A stretch of 64,000 nucleotides of DNA, from positions 544,038-608,037 of the forward strand of contig JADKBZ010000003.1 of assembly GCA_016714815.1 (NCBI GenBank), read 5' to 3'. This stretch comes from Holophagales bacterium. GTDB taxonomy: Bacteria > Acidobacteriota > Thermoanaerobaculia > UBA5066. Positions 39,118 to 51,103 of the stretch are shown piece by piece (positions within the stretch are counted from its first letter, which is position 1; each line of letters begins with the position of its first letter). Under the pieces are notes generated by a model that saw only the letters and a program-made list of their open reading frames with translations, was not told the origin of the DNA and made no database searches. Position numbers and translations under genes: made by a program.

Positions 39118-41031
39118 CTACGGCTTTCCCTTCGCCGGACGCAGGAGCAGAACCCGCGCGCCAGGCGACCCCCAGGCGACGAGCAGCTCGCGGACCTCGC
39201 GGGCCGCGGAGGCGGGCTCCTGGCGGCTCGCGAGGGCGAGGCGCCGCCGCGCGACGACCCTGCCGGCCTCGACGGGCCCGCAGCTCACCGTGACTTCCCC
39301 GCGGGAATTGGCGACCTTCGCGGCGGTGGGTGGCGCCGCCACGGACCACCCCTTTGGAAGCGTCAGCGTCAGCTCGATCTCCTCGCTCCCCGCTCCGGGA
39401 AGCGCGATCGGCGAGAGCCGGCCGGCGCCGGGAAGCGGCGGCAGGTCGTCGGTGACGCCCCCGGCGATTCCGGCGAGCGACACCGCGTGGAGGCCGCGCG
39501 CGTTCTTTTCGGGGAGCGTCCCCTCGAACGTGGCCGAGAGGGACGCCGCGCCGCGCTCGAGCCGCGTCGTCCGGGCGCTCGTCACCTTCGCGCCCTCCAG
39601 CAGGCCGCCGGCGAGGCGCTCGGCGAGCTTCTGCGGGTCGCGGACGAGGCTCGCGTGCGGCGTGGCGCCACCGGCCGAGGTCAGCGCGAGCTCCCCCTTC
39701 ACGCTCCCCTTCTCGTCGATCGTGAGCGACGCCACGAGACGGCTCCGCCACGGCGAGGCGAACGGCGCGAGGTCGAACGGCTTGCCCGGGACGACGACGT
39801 GGGCGCGGTCGAGCGAGCGCTCGAGCGGCCTTGCCGCCGCCGGCTCGGCCGGGTCGTAGAGGCGATCGTCGCCGTCGCCGAAGTGCACCAGGAGAACGGC
39901 CCGGTCGTGGAGCGCAAAGCCCGGGGCGCGGGCCGCCTGCGGGCCGGTCAGGAAGAGCCCGGGACGCGCCTCGAAACCGAGCTCGCCGAGGACGCGCGCC
40001 GCGAGCGAGGCCATCTCGAGCGGCGATGCCCAGCCGGCGGCCCAGACGGAGGCGAGCGGGTGGATCGTCCAGCCCGTGTGGGACGCGGGGAGCGTCGCCG
40101 AGACGTTGATCGCGTCGCCGAGCGCCGAGAGGACGGCGAGAAGGGCGCGCTCGCGGTCCGGCTCCTTGCCGAACGCCTTGCGGGCCGCTTCGATCGCGCC
40201 GGCCGGCGCGGGACCAGCCGCCTCGAAACGCCGCGCGAGCTCGGCACCGGCCCAGCCCGCCGCCGCGGGGGCGCCCGCCGCGAGGAACGCGTACGGCTCG
40301 ATCTCCCCGCGCGCCGGGGTGCCGGGCTCCGACGGAAGCGCCGCGACCCCGTCGGCCTGCCAGCGGCAGGCGCGGACGGCTCCGGTCACCCGGCAGTCGG
40401 GCGGCGGCTCGAGCCCCTGGGGCCCGGGAACGAGAATCTCCAGGCCGGCCGGGACCTCGACCTCGACGACGCGCTGCGCGACGGGAAAGGCGAAGGCGAG
40501 CGGCTCGGCGACGATGAGCGCCGCCGGCGTGGAGGCGGCGCGAGAGACGCGCCACGATGCCTCGATCACGGCGCCCGGCTCGAGCGCCGTGTGGACGATC
40601 ACCCTTCGGCGAAGCGCGCTCCAGAGCGGGTTCCTGTGGACCGCGGGGGGGAGCTCGTCGACGATCGCGTTCGCCGGCCCGGGCACCACCTGGCCCGACG
40701 GGAGAACGGTCCGGTTGAACAGGACCTCGAACGTCTCGACGGAGGGGTCCCAGACGATCCGGCTCTCGCCGAAGTCGCGGTTGATGGCGAGCGACGAGTT
40801 GACCCGGATCCGCTGGGTCCGTTCGTGGACGACGGCGCCGTCGGCGCGGAGCGTGTAGCGGTCGAGGACGAGCAGCGCCTCCGCGTCGGGACCGGCCGGC
40901 GCGACGAAAGCCTTCGGCGCCCTGGCGGTCTGTGGGGCCGCCTTCGTGACGACCTGCGGCTGCGCGGCGAACGCCGCGCCGGCGAAGAGGAGCGAGAGCG
41001 TGGCGAGTCCCTGGCGAACGGAAGCGCGCAT
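39118..41031 (-). CDS. Secreted DUF3857-domain protein (paralog lacking a clear transglutaminase core)
   Basis: Signal peptide; homologous in architecture to the upstream gene. Start at 41031 overlaps the upstream stop (TGATG). Confidence 0.65.
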   Translation of the reverse strand: MRASVRQGLATLSLLFAGAAFAAQPQVVTKAAPQTARAPKAFVAPAGPDAEALLVLDRYTLRADGAVVHERTQRIRVNSSLAINRDFGESRIVWDPSVETFEVLFNRTVLPSGQVVPGPANAIVDELPPAVHRNPLWSALRRRVIVHTALEPGAVIEASWRVSRAASTPAALIVAEPLAFAFPVAQRVVEVEVPAGLEILVPGPQGLEPPPDCRVTGAVRACRWQADGVAALPSEPGTPARGEIEPYAFLAAGAPAAAGWAGAELARRFEAAGPAPAGAIEAARKAFGKEPDRERALLAVLSALGDAINVSATLPASHTGWTIHPLASVWAAGWASPLEMASLAARVLGELGFEARPGLFLTGPQAARAPGFALHDRAVLLVHFGDGDDRLYDPAEPAAARPLERSLDRAHVVVPGKPFDLAPFASPWRSRLVASLTIDEKGSVKGELALTSAGGATPHASLVRDPQKLAERLAGGLLEGAKVTSARTTRLERGAASLSATFEGTLPEKNARGLHAVSLAGIAGGVTDDLPPLPGAGRLSPIALPGAGSEEIELTLTLPKGWSVAAPPTAAKVANSRGEVTVSCGPVEAGRVVARRRLALASRQEPASAAREVRELLVAWGSPGARVLLLRPAKGKP

Positions 41032-43070
41032 CACGCCTTCCCCTTTCCCTTTGCGGCAGCCGGTCTGACGATCAGCGGCGTCTCGGCGAGCTTGCGGAAG
41101 GATTCGAGGGCGTCCCTCAAGGCAGGCCACTCCCCGGGAGCGAAGATGCGGCGGTCGAGGGTGAGCGTCTCGCTCACGACGAGGTCGCTCCCGGAGTGCT
41201 TCCAGCTCGACTGCAGGCTCCCCGCGCCCTCCAGCTTCGCGTCGTCGGGCAGTCCCTCGACCGTGGCGCCCGCCGGCAGGGTCAGCCGCTCCTCGAGGAA
41301 GACCACCTTCGAGCAGCCGATCCTCACCGGGTACTTGCGCTCCTTCGGCTTGAGCGGCAGCGCGATCTCCTCGGCCTTTGCGGCCAGGCCGACCGGGTGG
41401 CGCGCCGCCAGCGGCGTGAGGAGCATCGAGCCGTCGTCGAGGACGCGGGCGTAGCCGGGAATGGAGAACGTGGCCTCGATGGTAAACGGCACCCGCAGGT
41501 CGTCGGGGTCGGTCCGGGACGTAACGCGGACGACCGCCCGCGGATCGACGGCCGAAAGGAGCCCTTCGTCGATCGCCGCCCACTGCGTCCGCGCGCGGCC
41601 CCGGTAGGGGCGGCGCAGGCCCGAGTCGGCCTGCCCGTCGCCCGTGAGCTTCAGCGTTCCCTCGAGGGCGCCGTCCGCGCGCAGAGTGGAGCGGACGGTG
41701 AAGCGGAGCGGGTGGTCCGAGGGCGGCGAGATCGGCGTGGTGATGATGTCCGCCCCTTCGGGCAGCCCCATCAGCACCTCCTGCTGCTGCTCGCGGCTCG
41801 ACCAGAGCTCGCGGGCGCCCGGCACCCACGTCGGGTCGAGGAGCTGCGCCGTGCCGTCGGGACGCCGCCAGACCGTGATGCAGTGGTTGAACTGGTCGGC
41901 GGCGATGTGCTCGATCCGCTCCCCCGCCATCGTCATGCCGGCGTACGCCTCGAGACCGGCGGCGCGCAGGAGGGCGGTGAGAATTCCCGCCTTGTCCTTG
42001 CAGACGCCGCCTCGGTCGCGCAGCGTCATCGCCGCGGGGTGGAGCGTGTAGCCCTCGCCTTCGCCCATGTGCAGGCCGATGTAGCGGATGTTCTCGGCGA
42101 CCCAGTGGGTCAGCGCGGCCGCCTTGTCGTCGGCGCGGTCGAGCCCGGCGGTCACCTCGTCGGCGACGCGCTGCAGCTCCGGCGTCACCGCGAAGGCCTT
42201 CGCGTCCTCCTGGACGCCGTGGAACCAGACCGCCTTCGCCTGCCAGTCGGGCGCCGTCGTCAGCAGGAGCTTCGGCGCGACGTCCGGCCAGTCGACCATG
42301 CTCTTCTCGGCCTCCGCCGGCCTGAAGCCGCGGAGGGTGACCGTCACCGTCCGCTTCCCGCCCGCCGTGCGGTCCTCGACCTCGGCGCCGCCGTTGAAGA
42401 GCTGGTACTGGAGGTTCTTGGCGACCGGGACCGTCACGCGGTAGCGCTGCTCGATCACCGGGTTGGCCGCAAAGAACGGCACGATGTCGTAGAAGTGCCC
42501 GCGCATCGGCGGCACGAAGCGCGCCTCGCCGGCGCCCGGCTCCCCCTCGAGGAGCGCGTAGGTGAAGCCGACCCGCCGCGACACGAGCTCCACGGCGTCG
42601 CCCACGTCGAGCCGGCCGACCGGCACGAGCCGGTGGCGCGCGTTCCAGAGGATCGTCCCCTGCGTGTCGGGGTGGTCCTGGACGAGCGTGACGGCGACGT
42701 CGCGCACGCCGCCCGCGGCCGTCAGGACGCGGCACCGGAGCACTTCGACCGCGGCCGACAGCGGGTCGTACAGGAGCTCGGCGACGGAGAGCTCCCTGGC
42801 GCCGGCCGCCGTGAGCGCCTTGACGAGCGTGTGCTGCACGGTGCGCGCCATGCCGCTCTCCTCGACCTCCACCTCTCGACGGTCGAAGACCGTCACGGCG
42901 CCGGCGGCGGGAAAGGCCTCGGCGCCCCCCGCCTTTGCGAGGACCTTCTGCACGTCGGCGGCCGGCAGGTCCCAGCCCGGGGCGACCTCGGCCGCGGGCG
43001 CTGCGCCGGCGAAAAGGACCAATCCCAGGACCAGGGCGAGAACGTTCAGACGAGGAGCTCGTGCGCGCAT
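41031..43070 (-). CDS. Secreted DUF3857 plus transglutaminase-like cysteine-protease domain protein
   Basis: Signal peptide; transglutaminase-like core with catalytic Cys context (RGGVCKDKAGILTALLRAAGLEAY) and downstream His/Asp region. Confidence 0.75.
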   Translation of the reverse strand: MRARAPRLNVLALVLGLVLFAGAAPAAEVAPGWDLPAADVQKVLAKAGGAEAFPAAGAVTVFDRREVEVEESGMARTVQHTLVKALTAAGARELSVAELLYDPLSAAVEVLRCRVLTAAGGVRDVAVTLVQDHPDTQGTILWNARHRLVPVGRLDVGDAVELVSRRVGFTYALLEGEPGAGEARFVPPMRGHFYDIVPFFAANPVIEQRYRVTVPVAKNLQYQLFNGGAEVEDRTAGGKRTVTVTLRGFRPAEAEKSMVDWPDVAPKLLLTTAPDWQAKAVWFHGVQEDAKAFAVTPELQRVADEVTAGLDRADDKAAALTHWVAENIRYIGLHMGEGEGYTLHPAAMTLRDRGGVCKDKAGILTALLRAAGLEAYAGMTMAGERIEHIAADQFNHCITVWRRPDGTAQLLDPTWVPGARELWSSREQQQEVLMGLPEGADIITTPISPPSDHPLRFTVRSTLRADGALEGTLKLTGDGQADSGLRRPYRGRARTQWAAIDEGLLSAVDPRAVVRVTSRTDPDDLRVPFTIEATFSIPGYARVLDDGSMLLTPLAARHPVGLAAKAEEIALPLKPKERKYPVRIGCSKVVFLEERLTLPAGATVEGLPDDAKLEGAGSLQSSWKHSGSDLVVSETLTLDRRIFAPGEWPALRDALESFRKLAETPLIVRPAAAKGKGKA

Positions 43071-43134
43071 GCCCGGACCTCCGGCGGCATGATAGCGACA
43101 AGGGGATCCGCGGCGGGGACTCGGGAATGGCGGC

Positions 43135-45702
43135 TCAGGCGAAGAGGGCCCCGGACGCGGCGAGAAGAGCCCTCATCTCGGCGGCGCTCCCCGGCCGCCG
43201 GCGCTGCTCGCGCGCCAGACACCGCGCCAGGACGCTTCCCAGGGCGGGAGGCAGCTCGGGGACGAGGACGCACGGGTCGGGGATGACCGGATGGCGCGAC
43301 CGCTGCAGGATCTGGAGCGGGGTCCCACCCGCGAGCGGGTTCGTCCCGGTCGCCGCGTGGTAGAGCACCATCGAGAGCCCCCACAGGTCGAACGACGGGT
43401 CGGGCGGGCCGCCGACGACGGCCTCGGGAGAGATGTAGCCCGGCGTGCCGACGATGCAGTCCGTGCGGGTGTCGCCCATGAGCGGAGTCACGGCGTCGGG
43501 GGTGGGGACGAGGGGCGACGCCGAGGGGCCGAGCGCTCCCTCGCCGCGCCGGTCGAGGTCGACGCGGGCGAGCCCGAAATCGAGGAGCTTCACCTCGCCC
43601 CCCTTCGAGAAGCCGATGTTCGAGGGCTTCACGTCGCGGTGCAGGATGCCGGCGGCGTGAATGGCCTCGAGGGCCGAGGCGATCGCAACCCCGATGCGCA
43701 CCACCTCGGCCGGCGCGAGGCGCCCCTTCCGGATCCGGTCCGCCAGCGTCGCCTCCTCGAGGAGCTCGAAGACGAGGAGCGGCGTCCCGTGCCAGGAATC
43801 GGCCGCGTAGATCAGGGCGAGGTTCGGGTGCGTCACCGCGGCCACGGCGCGCGCCTCGCGGCGCAGGCGGAGCGCGGCCTCGGGCGAGACGCGGGGGAGC
43901 GCCTTGACGGCGACCGGCCGGGCCAGCGCGAGGTCGAGCGCCCGGTAGACGACTCCCATTCCGCCCGCGCCGAGCCGCTTCTCGAAACGGTACTTGCCGG
44001 CGAGAACGAACGGGACCGGGGCGGGGACGAGGACCGACCCGTCGTGGGGGCAGCGCGTCTCCCTCGACGGGTGGAGCGTCGCGCAGGCCGGGCACTCCGC
44101 CGCGGAGCTCTCGGCGGAGAGAAGGTACGGGGTGGCGAGGAGGGCCGGCCCCGGCGTCGGCGTCCGGGCGGGCGGGTGCGAGGACGTGAACCGGAGCAGG
44201 CGGTTCTCGAGCGCGAGCGAGCCGGACGCCGCGATGGCCGAGAGGAGCTTCCGGTCCTCGTCCTGGATCGGCAGCTCGCTCCTCTTCTCGCCGAGGGCGA
44301 TGAGGCCGACGAGAAGGCCGTCGGAAGCGACCATCGGGACGAGCAGGCGGAAGCCGCCGTCGGCGATCCAGACGCGGTCGTCCTCCGGCAGCCGGGATGC
44401 CGGACCGCTCCCCCTCTCGAGCTCGACGGAGAGGGCTTCCGAAGAGGAGCCGAGAAGGCCCGCGAGCGCCGAGGTGGAGTCGAGCGGACGCGCGGACCCG
44501 TCGGGGGCCACGAGCTTCGAAGTCTCGGGATCGAGGGCGAAGACCGTGACCGCGTCCAGGTGGAGCGCCCGGTCGATCTCCGTGGTCAGGAGGGCGGCCA
44601 GCTCGGGCGGGGTCCCCGCGGCGCGCGATCGGGCGGCGAGCTGCGAAAGGATGGTCTGGGCGTCCCACCTCTCGCGGAAGAAGCGCCGGTCGAGCCCGTC
44701 GAGGACCCGGTGGCGTGAAGTGAGGAGGGCGGTCCCGATCGCCGCCGTCGCCAGAAGGCCGAGCGGCCGGACGCCGGAGAAGAGCTCCTTCACCGTCGCG
44801 TCCTGCCTCTCCCAGACGTACGCCACGAGGAGGACGAATGGGGTCACGGCGGCCGCGGCGAGGGTCCAACGCGCGAGGAGGTACTGGAGCGCCCGGCGGA
44901 CGACCAGACGGATGTCGAGAGCCTTGTGGACGAGGACGGAATAGGCCGTCAGGAACGGGACGAGGAGGAGCGTCCCCTTCACGAGAAGCCGGAAGAGGCC
45001 GAGGCCCACCGACGGGTCGCGCGCCCCCATCCCGGGGACGACCGCGTAGAAGATCAGGTAGACCGTCGCCGGGACGAGCCCCACGGCGAGGCCGGCCGTG
45101 AAGAGGGCGACCCGGCGCCGCTCGGTTCGGGGCGCGCGTCGGGCGCGCCAGATCATCGCGGGGAAGACCGGGAGGACGAGGAGCGCGACGATCGGGTAGT
45201 AGAGCGTCGCGTAGTTGTCGGTCCCGCCCGCGAAACGCTCGAGGAGGCCCGTCCGGAGACCGGTCGCCACGTTCCACGTCTTGGCTGCGCCGAGCGCGAC
45301 GCCGGAAGCGAGCGCGACGCGCTCCACCGCCGCCAGGAGGGCGCGCGCCCGCGGACTCGCGAGGGCCTCCGGGAAGAGCGTCACGAAGCGCCAGAGGAAG
45401 TAAGGGAGGAGCGCGTCGACCGAGAGAGCGCGCAGGAGGTGGAGCGCGGAGCCGACGGAGGGCGAGGCGCCCTCCCCTGCTCGCGCGAGGAACGAGACGA
45501 CGAACGACGAGCCCGCGGCGGCGAAACCAGCCGCAAGCACCCTCGCCCGAACGTCGCGCCAGCCGGCGAGCCGAAGGAGGAGCGCAGCAGCCGCGAGAGC
45601 GAGGGCGTGGAGGGCGGCGAAGACGTTCGTGCTGTCCCCGGCGATCTGGGTCGACGGCAAGGCCCCCGCGACCGAAAGAGCGAGGGCGCCGACACCCGCC
45701 AC
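43135..45702 (-). CDS. Membrane-associated sensor Ser/Thr protein kinase (polytopic N-terminal domain, GAF-like domain, Zn-ribbon, kinase)
   Basis: About 7 N-terminal TM helices; GAF-like segment; CPAC...CPHD ribbon; kinase motifs GAGGMGVVYRA, VAVK, HRDVKPSNI, DFGLAR, GTPGYISPE. Confidence 0.85.
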   Translation of the reverse strand: MAGVGALALSVAGALPSTQIAGDSTNVFAALHALALAAAALLLRLAGWRDVRARVLAAGFAAAGSSFVVSFLARAGEGASPSVGSALHLLRALSVDALLPYFLWRFVTLFPEALASPRARALLAAVERVALASGVALGAAKTWNVATGLRTGLLERFAGGTDNYATLYYPIVALLVLPVFPAMIWRARRAPRTERRRVALFTAGLAVGLVPATVYLIFYAVVPGMGARDPSVGLGLFRLLVKGTLLLVPFLTAYSVLVHKALDIRLVVRRALQYLLARWTLAAAAVTPFVLLVAYVWERQDATVKELFSGVRPLGLLATAAIGTALLTSRHRVLDGLDRRFFRERWDAQTILSQLAARSRAAGTPPELAALLTTEIDRALHLDAVTVFALDPETSKLVAPDGSARPLDSTSALAGLLGSSSEALSVELERGSGPASRLPEDDRVWIADGGFRLLVPMVASDGLLVGLIALGEKRSELPIQDEDRKLLSAIAASGSLALENRLLRFTSSHPPARTPTPGPALLATPYLLSAESSAAECPACATLHPSRETRCPHDGSVLVPAPVPFVLAGKYRFEKRLGAGGMGVVYRALDLALARPVAVKALPRVSPEAALRLRREARAVAAVTHPNLALIYAADSWHGTPLLVFELLEEATLADRIRKGRLAPAEVVRIGVAIASALEAIHAAGILHRDVKPSNIGFSKGGEVKLLDFGLARVDLDRRGEGALGPSASPLVPTPDAVTPLMGDTRTDCIVGTPGYISPEAVVGGPPDPSFDLWGLSMVLYHAATGTNPLAGGTPLQILQRSRHPVIPDPCVLVPELPPALGSVLARCLAREQRRRPGSAAEMRALLAASGALFA

Positions 45703-45812
45703 TGTCTTCGTCAGGGCGAGGACGAAGACGATGTCCGCGAAGGCGGTCCGGACTCGCGGACCCTCCCGGAGAGGCCGTTCCCGGGGAAGGTCGGGCCTCG
45801 TCTCGAGGGAGA

Positions 45813-46121
45813 TCAGTTGCAGAGGTCGGTCATCGACACCAGCCGGACGGTGTCGGCGGCCTTCGTGAAGTCTTCACCGCCCAGCTCGAGGGAGCCGCGC
45901 CCGACGGCGATCTGCGCGGCGAGGCGCCCCATGAGCCGCACCCTCTCGAGCGCCTCGGTCCCGTCCTTGTCCCAGCGCGGGAGCGCCTTTGCCGCGAACC
46001 GCGTGAAGTAGGCGCGCATGGTGCGGATCGTGACGCGCGGGACACGGATCGCGCCCGCCCCCTGCCCGAACGCAATCAGGATCTGGCCGGCGATCTCCTC
46101 GACCTCGGCGGGGTCTGGCAT
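45813..46121 (-). CDS. Hypothetical small protein (102 aa)
   Basis: ATG start in an AT-richer patch; non-Arg-rich composition; 6 nt downstream of the acyltransferase gene. Confidence 0.45.
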   Translation of the reverse strand: MPDPAEVEEIAGQILIAFGQGAGAIRVPRVTIRTMRAYFTRFAAKALPRWDKDGTEALERVRLMGRLAAQIAVGRGSLELGGEDFTKAADTVRLVSMTDLCN

Positions 46122-46126
46122 ATGAA

Positions 46127-46990
46127 TCACCTCTGGACGGATTCTATTTCCTGGGGGGCCGGCGCGGGGACCGCTGGCCCGGAGGCGCCCTTCCAGCGGT
46201 CGTGAAGCCAGAGCCAGCTGTGCGGGCGCTGCCGGATCGCCTCCTCGATGCGACGCGTGAACGCCGCCGTGTCCTCCTCGACGTTTCCCGTCAGCGTGAA
46301 GGGGTCGTGGAACCGGCAACCGTGCTTCCCGACGCCTTCCCGCCAGTACTCGAGGAAGAAGACGTCCTCGCCGGTCTTCGCCGCGGCGACGGCGAGAGAC
46401 GGGGCGGTCAGCGCCGGCCTGCCGAAGAAGGGGACCGGGATCCCGCGCGTGAGCCGCTGGTCGAGGAAGAAACCGATCAGCTGGCCCCGGGTGACGAGTT
46501 CGTAGATCTCCGCCATCGAGCCCCGCTTGTTCGCCAGGATCTCGAGGCCGTATCCGGTTCTCACCTTCTCGAGGAGCATCGCGAGGGAGGGGGCGCGCGG
46601 AACCTTCACGACGACCGTGGAGGGAACGCCGGTCCGCTGGACGAGGAGCCCCCCGATCAGGTCGTAGGAGCCGAGGTGGGTCGCGAGGATGAGAGTCGGC
46701 CTCCCCTTCCGGGAGCGCTCCACGATCTGCTCGAGTCCGTCGATCGCCAGGGTCACCGTCCCCGGCCGGTGCAGCTCGCGGAAGAGCTCGAAGTACCCCA
46801 GGATGATCCCGCGCAGCATCTGGCGCAGCGGCGGCCCCGGGACGAGCCCGGGAAGGGCCGCCTTGAAGTTCGCCACGGCGAGGTTCCGGCGCACCGGTAC
46901 GACCGTCCACCAGAGCCACGACAGGATCCACGACAGCGCCGCGGCGAGCGGAAGGGGCGTGCGGGCGATCAGCCAGACGGCGAACGACAT
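46127..46990 (-). CDS. Lysophospholipid/lipid A acyltransferase (LpxL/HtrB-like LPLAT family)
   Basis: N-terminal TM, then pattern NFKAALPG...GYFELFRE...GRPTLILATHLGSYDL...GFFLDQR typical of Kdo2-lipid IVA acyltransferases. Confidence 0.7.
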   Translation of the reverse strand: MSFAVWLIARTPLPLAAALSWILSWLWWTVVPVRRNLAVANFKAALPGLVPGPPLRQMLRGIILGYFELFRELHRPGTVTLAIDGLEQIVERSRKGRPTLILATHLGSYDLIGGLLVQRTGVPSTVVVKVPRAPSLAMLLEKVRTGYGLEILANKRGSMAEIYELVTRGQLIGFFLDQRLTRGIPVPFFGRPALTAPSLAVAAAKTGEDVFFLEYWREGVGKHGCRFHDPFTLTGNVEEDTAAFTRRIEEAIRQRPHSWLWLHDRWKGASGPAVPAPAPQEIESVQR

Positions 46991-47109
46991 CGTCCGCGCA
47001 TCATAGGGTGCCGGCTCTCGCGGGACGCGGCGGCAACCCCGACGCCTGGCGACGCAGGCGGCGAGGGCGGCGGCGCGCTCGGGCGGTGCGCCCCAAACCG
47101 ACGGCGTCG

Positions 47110-48312
47110 TCAGGCCAGGACCGTCTCCGCCCTCCTCATCAGCCCCGCCACGTCGACGCCGTGCGGGCAGGCGCGGTTGGCGGCGCTGAAGTCGACGGAA
47201 GAGAGGTTCCGCGCCTCGGCCGGGAGCTTCGCGAAGAGCTCGCGGGCGCGGCCCTTTTCGCCGTAGGCATCGTGGTACATGAGGTAGCGCATCGTGTCGC
47301 CGATCTTCACGTTGGCGGCCACGGCCGCGCCGCAGAGGTGGTCGCAGCCGTCGCAGGCATACGGCCGCGTCGCCATCGCGTACCGGTCGAGCGCCTCCTT
47401 CTCGGCCGAGGTGAGGGAGGTCCGGTCCAGCGCCGCGGCGATGTTCTCGCGCAGCTTCTCGAAGGAGTCCATGTTCGAGACGGCGGCCGAGATCCTCTCG
47501 TCGGCCCAGACGGCCTTGAGGACCGCCTGGTGCTTGGTCCACTTCCCGGTCTTCTCGAACTTCTGCCAGGCGTCGCGGAAGCCGGCTTCCGCACCCTGCG
47601 TCTTCATCGCGATGAGGCCGACGCCCGCCTTGTGCGCGGCGTCGATGGCGGCGTTGAGCTCCTTGTCGCCGTAGCTGCGGAAGTTGTACCGGAACATGAC
47701 CGACTCGACCCACGGAGTCTTCGCCGCCAGGTGGAGGAGCTCCACGACGTTGCCACCGTGGCAGGAGAAGCCGAAGTGGCGGATCTTCCCGGCCTTCTTC
47801 AGGCGGGAGACGGTGACGGCGAGGTCGTCGCTCACGTACTTCGCGTCGTCGAGGCCGTGGAGGTAGTAGAGGTCGACGTAGTCCGACTGGAGCTGCTCGA
47901 GGCTCCGGAAGACCGTCTGCTCGAACGCCTTCGGGTCGTGCTTGTCGCTCTTGGACGTCACCCAGAACTTGTCGCGGTTCTTCGCGCGGGCGAAGTAGGC
48001 CGCCAGCCCCGCCTCCGAGCTCCCGCCGAGGTAGCAGTCGGCCGCGTCGACGTAGTTCACGCCGAATCGGACCGCTTCGGCGATCTTCGGGTCGAACTTC
48101 TTCTCGAGCGCCATGCCGCCGAGAAGGAGGATGGGAACGGACTTGCCCGTCTTCCCGAGAGTCCGGCGCGGCACCTGCGGGAGAGGGGCCTCCTCGGCCT
48201 CGGCGAGGCGCGAGGGAAGGCCGAGGCCGCCGACGAGCGCCGCGCCCGCGGCCGCGCCGCCGAGGCCGAAGAGGTCCCGTCTCGTGATGCCGTTCGCTTC
48301 GTTCTTCGCCAT
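47110..48312 (-). CDS. Tat-exported aldo/keto reductase
   Basis: Twin-arginine signal [18 protein letters not shown]; AKR fold pattern ([29 protein letters not shown]). Confidence 0.8.
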   Translation of the reverse strand: MAKNEANGITRRDLFGLGGAAAGAALVGGLGLPSRLAEAEEAPLPQVPRRTLGKTGKSVPILLLGGMALEKKFDPKIAEAVRFGVNYVDAADCYLGGSSEAGLAAYFARAKNRDKFWVTSKSDKHDPKAFEQTVFRSLEQLQSDYVDLYYLHGLDDAKYVSDDLAVTVSRLKKAGKIRHFGFSCHGGNVVELLHLAAKTPWVESVMFRYNFRSYGDKELNAAIDAAHKAGVGLIAMKTQGAEAGFRDAWQKFEKTGKWTKHQAVLKAVWADERISAAVSNMDSFEKLRENIAAALDRTSLTSAEKEALDRYAMATRPYACDGCDHLCGAAVAANVKIGDTMRYLMYHDAYGEKGRARELFAKLPAEARNLSSVDFSAANRACPHGVDVAGLMRRAETVLA

Positions 48313-48341
48313 GTCGTTCTCCTTGCGAGCCGCTCGAGGGG

Positions 48342-50092
<1,751 letters not shown>

Positions 50093-50096
<4 letters not shown>

Positions 50097-51103
50097 CCGA
50101 CCTGGATCTCCCTCACGTTCGTCGACCGCCAGTCGGGCGTTCCGAGACCGCGCGCGGCGGCCTTCTCGAAGTAGGCGGGAAGCAGCTCGCCCTTGCGCTC
50201 GAGGAGCTCGTCCCACCCGAAGGCGTCGGCGGCGAGCGAGTCGGTCGAGGCGATGAGCGTCCTCCCCTCCTTCACGTCCGAAAGGCTCCCGCCCGTCGGT
50301 CCGCTCCGCCAGAGGACGCGCGTTCCGTCGAGGACGACGAACGTCGGCCGGAGCATCAGGGCGAGGTCCGCGATGATCCCGTGGATGTCCTGGTGGAACT
50401 GGTTGCGGCGGCCGCCGAGGAGGCCGTACCAGTTCTTCGTCGTCATCGACGCGCGGCAGAGGTTGTGGTCCTTCACCGGCGCGACGCCGATCACCTTCGT
50501 CACCCCCTGGAAGGGACGCCAGAAGAAGGGCCAGCGGGCGATGTGCGTGGCGCCGGGGGTCTCGAGCATCCGGAAGTCCGAGGCCGTCGGGAGATAGACC
50601 TCCGAGCCCGCGTCGACGGCGGCACGCTGGACGCCGCTTCGGGCGAAGCAGGCCGCGGGCGACTCGATCGGGTTGTCGGCAACGCGCACCTCGGCCGCCC
50701 CCGCCTCGCGGCAGAGCCTGACGAGTGCGGCGACGACCTCGGGGTTCGACGTCGCGCCGAGAGGGGCCGACCGCTCGAAGGCGACGTTCGGCTTGACGAG
50801 GACGACGTCGCCCGTCTTCACGAAGCGATGAATCCCGCCGATGGCGTCGACGGCCGCCTTCAGCATCGCGTCGACGTTCGCCCCGCGGGCCACGCCGAGG
50901 TGCGGCAGGACGCCCGACGGATCGACGGCGAAGCCCTTTTCAGGGAGGCGGAGGGAGGTGCCGCGCGGCTTGCCCCGCTCTCCGTCGGGGTCCTTCAGCG
51001 ACAGGGGCCAGCCGGACGGGGCGAGGGAGACGTAGCCGGCTCCGAGGGAGAGCCCCGCCACCGCGCCGAGCTGCTTGAGGAGGCGCCTCCGGTCCTCATT
51101 CAT
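50093..51103 (-). CDS. Tat-exported DUF362-domain protein
   Basis: Twin-arginine signal [20 protein letters not shown]; the rest matches my recollection of DUF362 (VLVKPNV..., VKDHNLC...). Confidence 0.65.

Noticed and set aside
39118-43101. 1327-aa ORF, and the 1089-aa ORF 37286-40555
   Set aside because: Over-extended N-termini running through neighbouring genes in alternate frames. The true starts are at 41031 and 39088, placed by signal peptides and conserved domains.
43291-46011. Plus-strand ORFs antisense to the Ser/Thr kinase (43291-44718, 43994-44944, 44926-46011)
   Set aside because: The opposite strand carries an unambiguous kinase with all the catalytic motifs.
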